From NCBI GenBank assembly GCA_964019425.1, contig OZ025789.1, forward strand, positions 434,001 through 498,000: a DNA stretch of 64,000 bases. Direction: 5' to 3'. A program made the position numbers and the translations under genes. Every line of letters starts with the position of its first letter. Positions within the stretch are counted from its first letter, which is position 1. This DNA comes from Flectonema sp. DT1601. Its lineage: Eukaryota. Shown here in pieces: positions 43,501 through 54,517 of the stretch. The notes under the pieces were generated by a model. The model was not told the DNA's origin and did no database searches. It was given only the letters and a program-made list of their open reading frames with translations.

Positions 43501-45090
43501 ATGGAAGCACCTCGTCTAATACCGAAGAAGATTGAAATAGCCTTCCATGCTGGATTTATGATATGGCTCCTTCACAACCAATTACAAATAATGAGTCAAG
43601 TATCTTCCAGATTTAAACACCAGCTTCCACTATCTCGAGGAACAGATTTAACTGATACTCAATGGAGAGATTTCAGAGGAGGTTTACCGACGTTAAGCGG
43701 CGTTTTGATTCTTTTTACGTTGTTGTCTACGGCTCTCAGATCATTAAAAAATCCGAAGCTTCATTCATTATATTATTCTGTGTTCGGAATGGTTTTTATA
43801 CTATACGTTCATGGAGCTTATGCGATTTTCACATTTGGTTTTTTAGCTGTTTTTTATGCAATTATAAAGTGTTGTTCTGGACTGAAGTATGGCAAGATGG
43901 TTGTCTGGGCAGTAGCGGTAGCACTTATGTTTTTTATTGATTATAATGGTGGTTGGTATAGACATCCTCCGATGTATAAATATTTTTTTAGATCTAATAC
44001 GGGTGTATATCGATGGCATGTTGGCTGGAATATAATAACGCTTCGATTGATTAGTTTTGGTTGTGATTGTTGTGAGGCCTCGAGAGAAAAAACTGATTCA
44101 GAAAATCAATCAAAATCATCTCGTTGGCTTCAAAAACATCAGTCGGAATGCAGTAGCTGTCAAGATGATTCGCCATGCTATGCTTCCAGACAGAATCGAC
44201 CTTTGGAAATTTCTGAATATTCTTTTGTTAATTACGTTGCTTTTATTTTATATCTACCAACATACATTGCTGGTCCTACTACGACATTCAACGCTTTCGT
44301 TTCTCACTTGCATAAGTCACAGCGTGAATACAACCTTCGCTACATTGCGTTCTACTTGTGGAGATTAATAATGTTGATTGGGTTATTGGAATATGGTCTT
44401 CAAAATTTTTACGTTTGGGCCATTGCTAAATCAGCACACGTACGAGATCAACTCTCTCCTTTAGAATTAGCTTTGTTAGGATTTTATTTGTTGAATGCAT
44501 TATGGATTAAGTTCGCAATTATTTGGAGATTCGCTCGTTTTTTTGCGTTGCTTGACGGAGTTGAAGTACCTGAGAATATGACTCGCTGTATGAACAATAA
44601 TTTCACGATCTCTGGCTTTTGGAGAAATTGGCATCGCTCTTTCAACAAATGGATCGTACGTTATATGTACATCCCTCTCGGAGGAAGAGATACCCAGCTG
44701 TTGAATGTCTTTCCGATATTCTTGTTTGTTTCTGTCTGGCATGACATGGAGCTCCACCTTCTCAAATGGGGATTGTTAATGGCTGTTTTCATCACTCCTG
44801 AAGTTCTTATTTCCAGGTACTTCTCAAGTCAAAAAGCTGCTTGGATCAGGTCGAAGTGGTATTTTCGTTATCTAAAAGCGATTTCTGGAACGTTCAACAT
44901 CACGATATTAATGGTTGCGAACCTGGTTGGGTTTGGTGTTGGAAACGATACGTCTGACATCATCGAAAGCATTACATCACTTTGGTGGTTAATTCTATTA
45001 GGCTTCATTGAGTTCTTCAGCGCCACCTGTCTCATGATCGAAGTGAGAGAATGGGAAGCTATTCAAGAATCCGCAATCAAAAAGCTGTAA
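43501..45090 (+). CDS. GUP1: MBOAT O-acyltransferase, GUP1/HHAT-like
   Basis: DLTDTQWRDFR, LRLISF, YIAGP, PENMTRCMNNN...FWRNWHRSFNKWIVRYMYIPLGG, FVSVWHD; multiple TMs. Confidence 0.9.
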   Translation: MEAPRLIPKKIEIAFHAGFMIWLLHNQLQIMSQVSSRFKHQLPLSRGTDLTDTQWRDFRGGLPTLSGVLILFTLLSTALRSLKNPKLHSLYYSVFGMVFILYVHGAYAIFTFGFLAVFYAIIKCCSGLKYGKMVVWAVAVALMFFIDYNGGWYRHPPMYKYFFRSNTGVYRWHVGWNIITLRLISFGCDCCEASREKTDSENQSKSSRWLQKHQSECSSCQDDSPCYASRQNRPLEISEYSFVNYVAFILYLPTYIAGPTTTFNAFVSHLHKSQREYNLRYIAFYLWRLIMLIGLLEYGLQNFYVWAIAKSAHVRDQLSPLELALLGFYLLNALWIKFAIIWRFARFFALLDGVEVPENMTRCMNNNFTISGFWRNWHRSFNKWIVRYMYIPLGGRDTQLLNVFPIFLFVSVWHDMELHLLKWGLLMAVFITPEVLISRYFSSQKAAWIRSKWYFRYLKAISGTFNITILMVANLVGFGVGNDTSDIIESITSLWWLILLGFIEFFSATCLMIEVREWEAIQESAIKKL

Positions 45091-45244
45091 TACGTATCGT
45101 AAAAAAGTATTAAAGTTGTCTCTTCTTACACAAAAGAGAACTACATATTAACTCATAAAGGAGATATGTTTTATTTTAATATGCATTTTGATGTTCTCAG
45201 CTGCTCACACAATTACTTTATTTAACAAAAAGCAGTCCACAAAG

Positions 45245-46198
45245 ATGTTCAGGAGATCTGTCATTCGTTCATTTTGCACCTCAGCACAACCTTCACGTGG
45301 TCGAGTAGAGGTTCGAGAACATCGAAATGGAACCATAGCTGAGGTAATCCTCTGTAGGGGAGATAAATTAAACGTGATGGACAACACTTTCTTTGAAGAA
45401 CTAAAAGTCGCATTTGATGAAATCTCAGACAATGAGAAGATGAGATGTGCTATTCTACACGCAGAAGGAAAACACTTCTGTGCTGGTTTGGATATGAAAG
45501 CCGCAGCAAAAATGTTTTTCGAAAACGTCTCTTTGTTGCAGAATGCTAAATTCGCGGGTGCGTCAGCACTCGGGATCGATTCATCGATCACAGAAAACGG
45601 ACTTTCAGCGATGAGAAATCAAAAACTACACAAAATGATAAAGAAATGGCAATCTTCTATTTCATCTTTACAAAACTGTAGAGTACCCGTCATAACTGCT
45701 GTGCATGGAAAGTGTATTGGAGGTGGTGTTGACTTGGTAACGAGTTCTGATATTCGTTTATGCACATCTGATACCGTATTTAGTATTAAAGAAACAAAGG
45801 TAGCGATTGTCGCTGATTTAGGAACACTTCAAAGAATAACTTCCCTACTTGGTCAGGGAATTGTTAGAGAACTCGCCTTCACTGGTGATGATCTTCATTC
45901 TGATCGTGCTGAACGACTTGGTTTTGTAAACGATGTCTATGATACAAAGGAAACGTTGCTGAGCAAGTCATTTGTTTTAGCTGAAAAAATAGCATCCAAC
46001 TCCCCTCTTGCTGTTCAAGGTACTAAGGAAGTACTCAATTCTCAACTCGTTCCATCAGTCGAAGCTGGTCTGCACAACGTCGCACTTCATAATGCTGCTT
46101 TTTTGAAGAGTGACGATTTACTTAGTGCTGTTCGTTCCTTCATGACGAAATCAGAAGGAAAATACAACGATTACGTAGTACCGGCTAAGGATGTATAA
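45245..46198 (+). CDS. ECH1: Crotonase family, delta3,5-delta2,4-dienoyl-CoA isomerase-like, mitochondrial presequence
   Basis: FCAGLD, PVITAVHGKCIGGGVDL, FSIKETKVAIVADLGTLQR, SPLAVQGTK. MFRRS start. Confidence 0.85.
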   Translation: MFRRSVIRSFCTSAQPSRGRVEVREHRNGTIAEVILCRGDKLNVMDNTFFEELKVAFDEISDNEKMRCAILHAEGKHFCAGLDMKAAAKMFFENVSLLQNAKFAGASALGIDSSITENGLSAMRNQKLHKMIKKWQSSISSLQNCRVPVITAVHGKCIGGGVDLVTSSDIRLCTSDTVFSIKETKVAIVADLGTLQRITSLLGQGIVRELAFTGDDLHSDRAERLGFVNDVYDTKETLLSKSFVLAEKIASNSPLAVQGTKEVLNSQLVPSVEAGLHNVALHNAAFLKSDDLLSAVRSFMTKSEGKYNDYVVPAKDV

Positions 46199-46469
46199 TA
46201 TATTTTTTTAACTTTTTTTGTGAGGGGAAATTAATTCTCGTGAAAATTGAGAAAAAAACAAACTTTTATATACAAACCCAACCAAGAAGATTTATTTCAG
46301 ACAATGCGAGTGGAATGTTGTTGAGTCGTAACGTATTTCTAACAGCCTGCTATCTACACTCATTTAGAAAATTAAATATTAACAACCATTATCTTTTAAA
46401 CAGGACTATACATATGATGTGTTGAAAAGAAGAGGTGGGTTGCATCTACTTCACTATTTAAGTTCACAA

Positions 46470-48875
46470 ATGATTGATTCGTTGGACTCTGCGGGGCTCA
46501 GCTTCGATGACGCTCATAGTTGGCAGCCAATGGCTCCAACTGGGTTTGTAACAGTCGGTTTCACAGATATTTATGAAGGCGATTTACTTTGGAAAGATCA
46601 CAGCGCATCGATGAAAGTAGCTGTAGCAGACATGTTGAAACTGATGAGAGAACAGTTAGTTGAAAATAATGGACATGAATGCAGACAAGAAGGAGGTGCG
46701 ATGATGGTAGTCTTTGGAAGTGCGATCGACGCAGTGAATTGGGGTTCAAAAGTACAAACTAAAATGCTATCACTAACACATCCTCTAGATCCTATTCTAC
46801 GACACCCATGTGCTAGTGTAATCCCAAGAACAGCTCAGGGTGATATAGAAGGCACTCATGGTAATGATCACACATACAGAGGTATTAGAGTTTGTATGGG
46901 ATTTCATGCTGGAAAACCCTACTTCGAAACTGAAGAAGACGGAACAGTTCACTACTACGGTCCAACCATTCACGTTGCTGGACGAATAGCTTCATCAGCA
47001 CAAGGAGGACAACTTCTAATATCACAACCGGTTTATAAGGAAATCGCTCCATTCTGTTGGCCTCAAGAAGAGAACCCACTTACATTCCCACTAGTGGTAA
47101 ATCACAGAGGTTGGGTTGAGTTGAGGGGATTAGCAATAACCTCCCAGAGTATGCATCAGATATTCGAAGTAAGCCCATGGGCTCTCAAAGACCGACAATT
47201 CTCATCACTAGAAATAAAACACCGAGTCAAAGGAACCTTCGAATACATGGCTTCTTCTCGAAAAATGAGAGGAGAGAGTTGCTTAAAGGACGATGCTAAT
47301 AATGTAAAGGCTTTGACGGCTCAGTTGAAAATGTTTTCAGAAGAAATAAAGATCATAAATGCGAATTTATCGGAAAAAGAAGAAATGATCTTCAAATTAA
47401 AGGATGAGATCAAGGAGTTATCACAAAACATAAATCAACTTGAGGACACAAAACAACAATCAGAATCCACAATTGGTGACCTTCGTTTGCAAATTGCTGA
47501 AACTAATGCTACTGCGGCCCTTCAAACCGGAACAAGCGAACAGCTGCTGTTACTTAAAATAAGCGACTTAGAAGAACAAATAATTTCATTAAAATCCATA
47601 AACACTCCGATTGGACAGGAATTAGCCATCACCTCACCTGATCCTTGTTGTTTTGTACTGTCTGGTTTACAAAAAGAAGTATCTAGCATTTATTCATCGA
47701 TCCTACCTTCGGTACTACCAACTGCTCAAAATATTATAGTAAAATGGACTGATGGTGTTCCTCACCAACCTGACGTGTTGCTAACGGCTCACGTGTTCTT
47801 CGCATCACCGGAAGATGCTCTTCAGGGTGCTAAGACTATAAATGGTCAATCATTCTTAGGGTCAGAACCTCTCCAGTCTCGAACTTTTGGAGGGAATACA
47901 GAATTCTTAGAAGATTCAAACCAGTGTTTAAAGCCAACTCAACAACATTCACTTAAACTAAGTACAAAACTACTTCGTTGTGATGACAAGTTGAACCCTC
48001 GTACTTTGGTTGGTGTCAGTTTAATAAAAGTTCAGAATTTGAGAATGGGACAAATGTTAAATAAATTCATCGGATTTTGCAAATCATATCTCTCAGCTGC
48101 GAGTAGCTTTATGGAAATTACGGTCAAAGCAAATACGGCAAACTCATGTGATTCCGACGCTTCTGAACAAGACGATGAAGAAAAACTATTCCAACTTGAC
48201 ATCGATTCGAGAGAATGGATAAATACAACTTCAGAGTCAATCGGTAAGAGTTTTGGATCATCTTGTGCGTGGACTCCGATAGCAAGAGACGTATTGGTGT
48301 TGTTTGGAAGTGTTAAAAGATTTGTCAGCGCATCTTTAGAGATTATGAAAAGCAGCTCGTATCGTCAAGGCGATCAAAATATAAAAATCGACAACGTAGT
48401 CCCTATTCGTGACACCACTCGACCTGAACCCAAATCAAACGGCTCCATCTGTGAAACAATCGGATTGGTAACATCTCGTAGTAGAGCAATTCAGGTTGGA
48501 TGTAGTTCGAAGTCAGTTTCTGTCCAGACAGAAAATTTTCGTTCATTCAAAATTCCCATAAGTGGTAACCCTCGCGGTCTTAGAAGAGGTACCACAATTC
48601 GTAAGAATCGCAAAGTTGCTTCTGTTCCTATATCTGGTTTATACTTATACCCCCCAGCACCCCCCATCAGTAAAAAAAAAAAACCCGACGTCGTCTCCCT
48701 CGCGACGCTACGGAAGCTTCAATTGCAGCAACGAATGGCAGACAGTCCTCGGGAACAACAATCTGAATCCGAAGACTCTGATTATGATGATGACGATAAT
48801 GCATGTCTGTCATATAAACCTTTGGATCTAATGTCTGATTCTGTTTTTCGACTTCCACAAATAGTAGAATCGTAA
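46470..48875 (+). CDS. Class III adenylate/guanylate cyclase-like domain plus coiled coil, probably catalytically degenerate
   Basis: VTVGFTDI...LW, GHECRQEGGAMMVVF, YRGIRVCMGFHAG, YYGPTIHVAGRIASSAQGGQ, ELRG. Confidence 0.8.
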   Translation: MIDSLDSAGLSFDDAHSWQPMAPTGFVTVGFTDIYEGDLLWKDHSASMKVAVADMLKLMREQLVENNGHECRQEGGAMMVVFGSAIDAVNWGSKVQTKMLSLTHPLDPILRHPCASVIPRTAQGDIEGTHGNDHTYRGIRVCMGFHAGKPYFETEEDGTVHYYGPTIHVAGRIASSAQGGQLLISQPVYKEIAPFCWPQEENPLTFPLVVNHRGWVELRGLAITSQSMHQIFEVSPWALKDRQFSSLEIKHRVKGTFEYMASSRKMRGESCLKDDANNVKALTAQLKMFSEEIKIINANLSEKEEMIFKLKDEIKELSQNINQLEDTKQQSESTIGDLRLQIAETNATAALQTGTSEQLLLLKISDLEEQIISLKSINTPIGQELAITSPDPCCFVLSGLQKEVSSIYSSILPSVLPTAQNIIVKWTDGVPHQPDVLLTAHVFFASPEDALQGAKTINGQSFLGSEPLQSRTFGGNTEFLEDSNQCLKPTQQHSLKLSTKLLRCDDKLNPRTLVGVSLIKVQNLRMGQMLNKFIGFCKSYLSAASSFMEITVKANTANSCDSDASEQDDEEKLFQLDIDSREWINTTSESIGKSFGSSCAWTPIARDVLVLFGSVKRFVSASLEIMKSSSYRQGDQNIKIDNVVPIRDTTRPEPKSNGSICETIGLVTSRSRAIQVGCSSKSVSVQTENFRSFKIPISGNPRGLRRGTTIRKNRKVASVPISGLYLYPPAPPISKKKKPDVVSLATLRKLQLQQRMADSPREQQSESEDSDYDDDDNACLSYKPLDLMSDSVFRLPQIVES

Positions 48876-49008
48876 TTAATCTTCACAGAGCATTGCGTTT
48901 TTTTTTTTCTTTCTTCCTCATTCAAATTTATTTACACGAATTCATTTTTCTTTTTTCGTCTTGACTTTTTTATATCAATTTATTATCTCTCTTTACAGTT
49001 CTTTCGAA

Positions 49009-50454
49009 ATGATCGGTGGAACTGAAGATGCGAGTCACACAGAGAAGGTGAGAGCTACTTTCGATGAGTTCGATTTAAAGCGCACCCGAGGATTTGGACT
49101 TGAAGAATGGATGACGATAATGCAAAGACTGAACATCGGATTTAATGTTGGAACAATGAGAGATATCTTTGATAAAGCGGATAGTAATCACGATGGAATC
49201 GTTTCTTACAATGAGTATCAACGTTTCGGAGAGGTGTACCCAACCCTACTTGATTCTTTGTATTACAGATCGAAAGACTTCTGGACGGATATTCATCAGC
49301 AAGAAAGCATAGACGCTGCTAGTAGTCAGGAAAAGATTCTCATTTCTCAAGAAGAACAAAGTCGATTACAACACATAGATGCTCAGAGAATAACTGATGA
49401 GCAAAATCACAGATTTCAATTACAAAATGAACGGGTTTTGAAAGAACAACAAACTGAAGAAGCTCTCCGGAGAGTTGTCGAAGCTGCACACGCAGACACA
49501 GAAGCATCACGATTAAACGTTAGAGATTGCGCTGCAGCGCATGCTGAGAGTAGAGGTAATGAAAGGATCCTACAAACACAACTAAATGATTCCAGACAAG
49601 CTGTTGACTTAGTAGCTTCAACACTAAAAGAAGCAGAAGCAGATGTCGGCAATATGGGAAATCAAATTATGGAACTCGAAAGACAACTAGCCGACAAGAA
49701 GTTATCACTCGATCACCTTCTACAGAATGCAGAACGGATACGAATGGAAATCAATCAGGTATCGTCTAATGAACAACTTGCTTGTTCAGCTGTACTTGAA
49801 GCCCAGCATGCTGTCAAGTTATCTGGAGACCGTTTATCTGGTGCAGAAGCAAATCTTGAATCAGCGATCACCCGAGAGCGTGATGCTAATGAACAAGTCT
49901 CAATGGCTTCTGCGGAACTCACTCGATGCGTATCTCAAAGAGATATCGAAGAACGAGAGTTACTCAGTGCTAAGGAACGAGAGAACTTATCAAAAGCAGC
50001 AGAAGATGAATCTACTTTAATGCTTCAAGATCACCTGAGAGTGATTAGCGCGATGGGTGCTCAGAATCTAGATTTTAATAACCAACGTAGAGAGGTAGAA
50101 ACAGATGAAGCGCCTCTCCTCGAACAGGAAATTCAACTTCGTGAACAACGATCATCTCTTGAAAACAGAGAAGCACAATTACGCAATCACGCGACAACCT
50201 TTACAACTACTCGAAGATCACCATCTCCAACACTGAACAGGAGAGTCTTTCCAGCTAGCAGTACTTTAGCCACTGCTGGTTCAGCATCTGTAGCTCCGAG
50301 ATTCCCTACCACGGCTATAAGAAACACTTCTCCACATCGACTACATCAAACCAACAATGACACCTTTCTAAGTAAAGCAATGTCTACTGCTCAAGCTTCT
50401 CCATATCATGCTTTCTCAACTTCTAAATATTCATCACCTCACAGAATGAGATGA
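49009..50454 (+). CDS. EF-hand plus coiled-coil protein, paralog 1
   Basis: FDKADSNHDGIVSYNEY EF-hand. YPTLLDSLYYR and LLEQEIQLREQR are shared with the gene at 51444. Confidence 0.8.
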   Translation: MIGGTEDASHTEKVRATFDEFDLKRTRGFGLEEWMTIMQRLNIGFNVGTMRDIFDKADSNHDGIVSYNEYQRFGEVYPTLLDSLYYRSKDFWTDIHQQESIDAASSQEKILISQEEQSRLQHIDAQRITDEQNHRFQLQNERVLKEQQTEEALRRVVEAAHADTEASRLNVRDCAAAHAESRGNERILQTQLNDSRQAVDLVASTLKEAEADVGNMGNQIMELERQLADKKLSLDHLLQNAERIRMEINQVSSNEQLACSAVLEAQHAVKLSGDRLSGAEANLESAITRERDANEQVSMASAELTRCVSQRDIEERELLSAKERENLSKAAEDESTLMLQDHLRVISAMGAQNLDFNNQRREVETDEAPLLEQEIQLREQRSSLENREAQLRNHATTFTTTRRSPSPTLNRRVFPASSTLATAGSASVAPRFPTTAIRNTSPHRLHQTNNDTFLSKAMSTAQASPYHAFSTSKYSSPHRMR

Positions 50455-51443
50455 TACTATTATTGTAATATATCAGTTACGTGTCATCATATTAAGAGAG
50501 TAGAATCAATCGTGCAATTGGTGTTGAGGTTTTCATTATGATTCTTTTTTGTTGTTGTTGGAATAGAATGCCGGGGTTCGAATCTTGTAATGTTATATTA
50601 TTAGACGAACGTTTTTTTTTATATTTTATTTTGTTTTTATATTTCACTCTATGATATCATCGAGCATCTCACTCTAACAGAGCCTTGTTTAACATTGGCG
50701 TGTTACGATTGACGAGATGCTGGTTGTCGTTTTTGTTGTTGTTTGTGAAATCTTTTTATATATCCAGAAACAAGTAGTAGTCATTTTTCGAAAGTCTTAA
50801 AAATCACCACAATTCACGTGTGTCTATAACGGATTGTTGTTATAATACAGTATTGTATTTTATAAAAAAAAAAAAAAAAAAAAAATTATACTCCCGGATA
50901 TCTTTTTTTTTTTTTCTTTTCTTTGTTTATCTCGATTCGCTTGTCTCTTCCTAAGGCGGAAAAGTCGTTTTTGCTGTTGTCACCAGCGGAGAACTACAGA
51001 AAAAAAAACCCCATTACACAATGCCATCACAGGAGCTACTGTTTTCTGCAGTTTTTTTGATACTTTCTCAAATCTACAAGCGGCAGGTAAGGTGTAATTA
51101 GAAATTCTTATTGTTCTTGGTGTAGACGACTATTATATATTTCTTTTTTGTATTGTTTTCTATTGTATAGACGTTTGAGTTGTTTTTTTTTTTCCTTTTT
51201 TTTCTGAGCAAATATTGTATCCATTCCCTCAAAGCCTCCTGATCAGAAAAAAAATTATGAAAAAAAATTGTGAATGAGTGATTTAAAGAAATACATTATT
51301 TTCTAACACAGGTGTAAAGCAAAAAAAAGTGAAGTTTTGCCGATTCTTTTTTTTTCTCTGTTTGTTGTTTTTTTAAACAAAAAATTTTCTCATATGAAAA
51401 AAAAAAAAAAAAAAAACAAGTTCTTCAGAACTCCACAATTATA

Positions 51444-52772
51444 ATGAACCACCACGACCACGCTACTCTAAATGAAAAGATAAGAGGTTCATATGAGCAT
51501 ATCAGTGGAGGTTTAGATGCTGGTAATGGAATATCAAAAGAAGGTTGGGTTCGATCACTCGACACCTTAAGAATCCGACTTCCATATCAGGGAATGGTCG
51601 ACTCAATGTTTGAGCGTCTCGACATAAACGGAGACGGATTGATATCGTTCAGTGAATTTCAAAGATTCTCTGAATACTATCCTACTATGTTAGACAGTAT
51701 ATACTACAGGTGTAAGGATTATTTTACTGATATTCAACAGAAGAAACAAGTCGAAGAAGCTATTATCGTACGAGACGAATTAATAGAGAGAGAACGATCA
51801 GTTACAAAGACACTAGAAGAGGTTTTATTTCAGCGATCTGAACAAGAGCGTACAATCAGAGACATGGAACACGCATTCGAAGCAGCAAAGCTTCATGAGC
51901 AAGAAGCTATCGATAATGTTTCACTTGCTGAAGTCAGTGTAATCAGATCAGCTCAACATATTGATGAGGCCGGTCACGAATTACAAAGATCAGCAGAAGG
52001 AGAACAACATAGAATAGCCCTACACATAGAGTCTCAACAACGTGTTGAACAGTTTAAGGAGACTCTCATAGCTCATGACGGAGAAGTCGCTCTCGCTGAT
52101 GAACACGTTCGTCAATTGGAACGTCTTCTTATCGAAGCAAAGAGAGAACTTGAAGCTCGAATTCTCTCACGTGAAGCAACTCACTCAGAACTTCTCAGTA
52201 GTCAAGGCAGAGAGCACAACGCTCATGGAGATGTTGTCGAAGCACAACTTGGAGTGCGAACTGCCAACGAGAAGCTCTCACATTCCCATGACGAAGCCGC
52301 GAGAATGAAAGAACTCGAAAACGATGCGGCTGCTAAAAGAGCAGCTGCAGCAGGTGAAGTTGGTAAAGTCTGCGCTCTGATTGAAAACGAACGACGAGAT
52401 CTTTTGATCGTAATTGATGAAGAAGAACAACGTCGAATTGTTGCTGAGAATGCTCTCAACGCCATCAGAACTCAAGAGCAGGCTATCCACACACTGGAAC
52501 AGAGAAACGTTGACTTCAATGTTCATCGAAAGGCAGTTGAACAACAGGAAACACCTCTCCTACATCAAGAAGCAACTCTTAGAGAACAACGAGCAACTTT
52601 AGAAAATAGAGAAGCCCGTCTACGAAATGAAGTCAGCACGTTTACTAACAGTAATGGCAGAACACCTGCTGAACGACTAGTCGTCCTCTCGCCATCCGCT
52701 GGTAGAGTTGACAGACTGGATGAATATTCTCATGGTATTGTGGCAAAACAACTTGACTATCGCTATCAATAA
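51444..52772 (+). CDS. EF-hand plus coiled-coil protein, paralog 2
   Basis: FERLDINGDGLISFSEF EF-hand. YPTMLDSIYYR and LLHQEATLREQR. Confidence 0.8.
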   Translation: MNHHDHATLNEKIRGSYEHISGGLDAGNGISKEGWVRSLDTLRIRLPYQGMVDSMFERLDINGDGLISFSEFQRFSEYYPTMLDSIYYRCKDYFTDIQQKKQVEEAIIVRDELIERERSVTKTLEEVLFQRSEQERTIRDMEHAFEAAKLHEQEAIDNVSLAEVSVIRSAQHIDEAGHELQRSAEGEQHRIALHIESQQRVEQFKETLIAHDGEVALADEHVRQLERLLIEAKRELEARILSREATHSELLSSQGREHNAHGDVVEAQLGVRTANEKLSHSHDEAARMKELENDAAAKRAAAAGEVGKVCALIENERRDLLIVIDEEEQRRIVAENALNAIRTQEQAIHTLEQRNVDFNVHRKAVEQQETPLLHQEATLREQRATLENREARLRNEVSTFTNSNGRTPAERLVVLSPSAGRVDRLDEYSHGIVAKQLDYRYQ

Positions 52773-53112
52773 ATATTATGTTATTCAACTTCGTGTTAGT
52801 TCGTTGCATAAGCACGATATACTAAAGTAGATCTCATGATCGCGAGCTGACATGAATACTGCAGCTGTGCTGCGTAATCTGATACATTTGTTTCTTTGAT
52901 AAAAACGAAAAAATCAAAATCGTTTCCAACGTTTATTTAATATACAGTTCCATGTTTTGCTCCAGGAGCACCGGGAATGCCATCCTAGTGTAACGAGTAG
53001 GCAGCAAAGCATGTCGCGTTTTTTTCTTCTTTTTTTTTTTCTTTTTCGTTCTCATCGTAGGTTGTTATTATTGCTATCTCTTTCGTAATTCGGTGTTTAT
53101 TGTATCTAATAT

Positions 53113-53884
53113 CATAGATGGAAGTGCCCTACAATTTGGAGGGCGTGTAGGGCGCTTGTAGGGCGCTTTTACTATAAATATTATTTTGGAGGGCGCTTTT
53201 TTTTACCTTTTTTATTACTATAAGACAGCTAAATTGACGTCGACTTACACTGACGCACAAGTATTTTGACGCAGAAGCCAAAAAAAATTTTTGACATGCT
53301 TGGCAGTCTTTCGAAAAAGAGAAAAAAGGGTGTCACGGGGTTCGAACCCGAGACCTCCAGGTCATGGTTCGGAGGTCAACAATGGCAAAAACAATGGGCC
53401 ACTCCTTGAGAGCTTCCGGAGCCTGCTGCAATCCCTGAAGCTGAAACTCATTTCAGTGGACGATGCATCCCAGATCTACAAGGAGCTGATTAGCCCGCAG
53501 AATGCACCGAGTCGAATATAGAGGGATTCGAGGAGGGAGAGAGTGCGTTCTTGCTAGCCTGTTAATAGGTCGGTCTTCACGGTACCTTGTGAGAAAAAAA
53601 AGAAGTTTACTGGTGGCAAGTAAACTGATATCCCAGAGACGCATTTGATCGGGCGAACCGGAGAAAAGTCAAATAAGATGCGATTCGACCCTCGCTGAGG
53701 GCAGGGGTGTGTCAAAATGAGCTCGGCATTATATTAAATTTAATTAAAAAAGCGCCCTACGCGCCCTCCAGCGCCCTATTTTGGCCCTATTTTGGCCCTA
53801 CAATGGCCCTATTTTGGCCCTACAAATTTTTGTGGCTGATTTTCACCAGGCGCCCTCCAAATTTGGAGGGCACTTCCATCTATG
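53113..53884. mobile_element. Non-autonomous TIR element (MITE-like), 772 bp
   Basis: TIR CATAGATGGAAGTGCCCT is perfect for 18 bp and imperfect to ~33-34 bp (53113-53145 / 53851-53884). 6-bp TSD TAATAT (53107-53112 / 53885-53890). Subterminal AGGGCG and GCCCT repeats. Confidence 0.9.
53328..53385 (-). pseudogene. tRNA-like 3' half (B box/T arm plus oligo-T) inside TIR element
   Basis: Minus strand reads ...CCATGACCTGGAGGTCTCGGGTTCGAACCCCGTGACACCC-TTTTTT. No clear A box. Confidence 0.55.
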
Positions 53885-54517
53885 TAATATAAAAAAAAAA
53901 TAAAAAAAATAATAGCGTGTTTGACGCGTTTTCCCTTCCCCTGCATTGCTTACCTTTGATAGCTTCCTGTGGGGGTTTTTTTTTTAGATACTGGCTGTTG
54001 ATCCCACTCAGCAACGAAGTTTCTTTTTTGGTGAAAAAAAAAAATATACCAAGTTTTTCCGAGTTGCTTTGCAGTTTATGGTTGTGTTTTTCGATGCGAC
54101 GGCCGAAAAAGAAAAAAAAAAAAGAAAAAAAAAAACTTCCCCCAATTTGCTATGGCGTCTGTCTACACTGACGGTCGTAAAAAATTGGTTCTTAGAATTA
54201 TTTTTAAATTTGTGAGAATGACTACCTAATTACATAGTTAAATTTCACGCAATTATACTTTTTTTTGTAATAATTTTTTTGTTTTTTTTGTTTTTCCTCT
54301 TTTCTCATAGAGAGATTCTTGTTGTTGTACCGGCACTCTTGTTTACACTTTGACAACAACATGTTTCATTATTTTCTTTTCCCCCACACAGGACCATTTA
54401 AGATGATAAGTTATATGTTGTTTTCCGTTGCTTTAATTATTCCTTGGTATCTAATCGACTGAAAAGTCACTCACTTCACATTTTAATAATAAAACAGTAT
54501 TTCATAGCAACTCCACA

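Noticed and set aside
50571..50586. Isolated B-box-like GGGGTTCGAATC
   Set aside because: No A box, cloverleaf or flanking TIRs.
53400..53680. Decayed transposase inside TIR element 2
   Set aside because: GC-richer, coding-like sequence but with multiple stops and no recognisable DDE motif.
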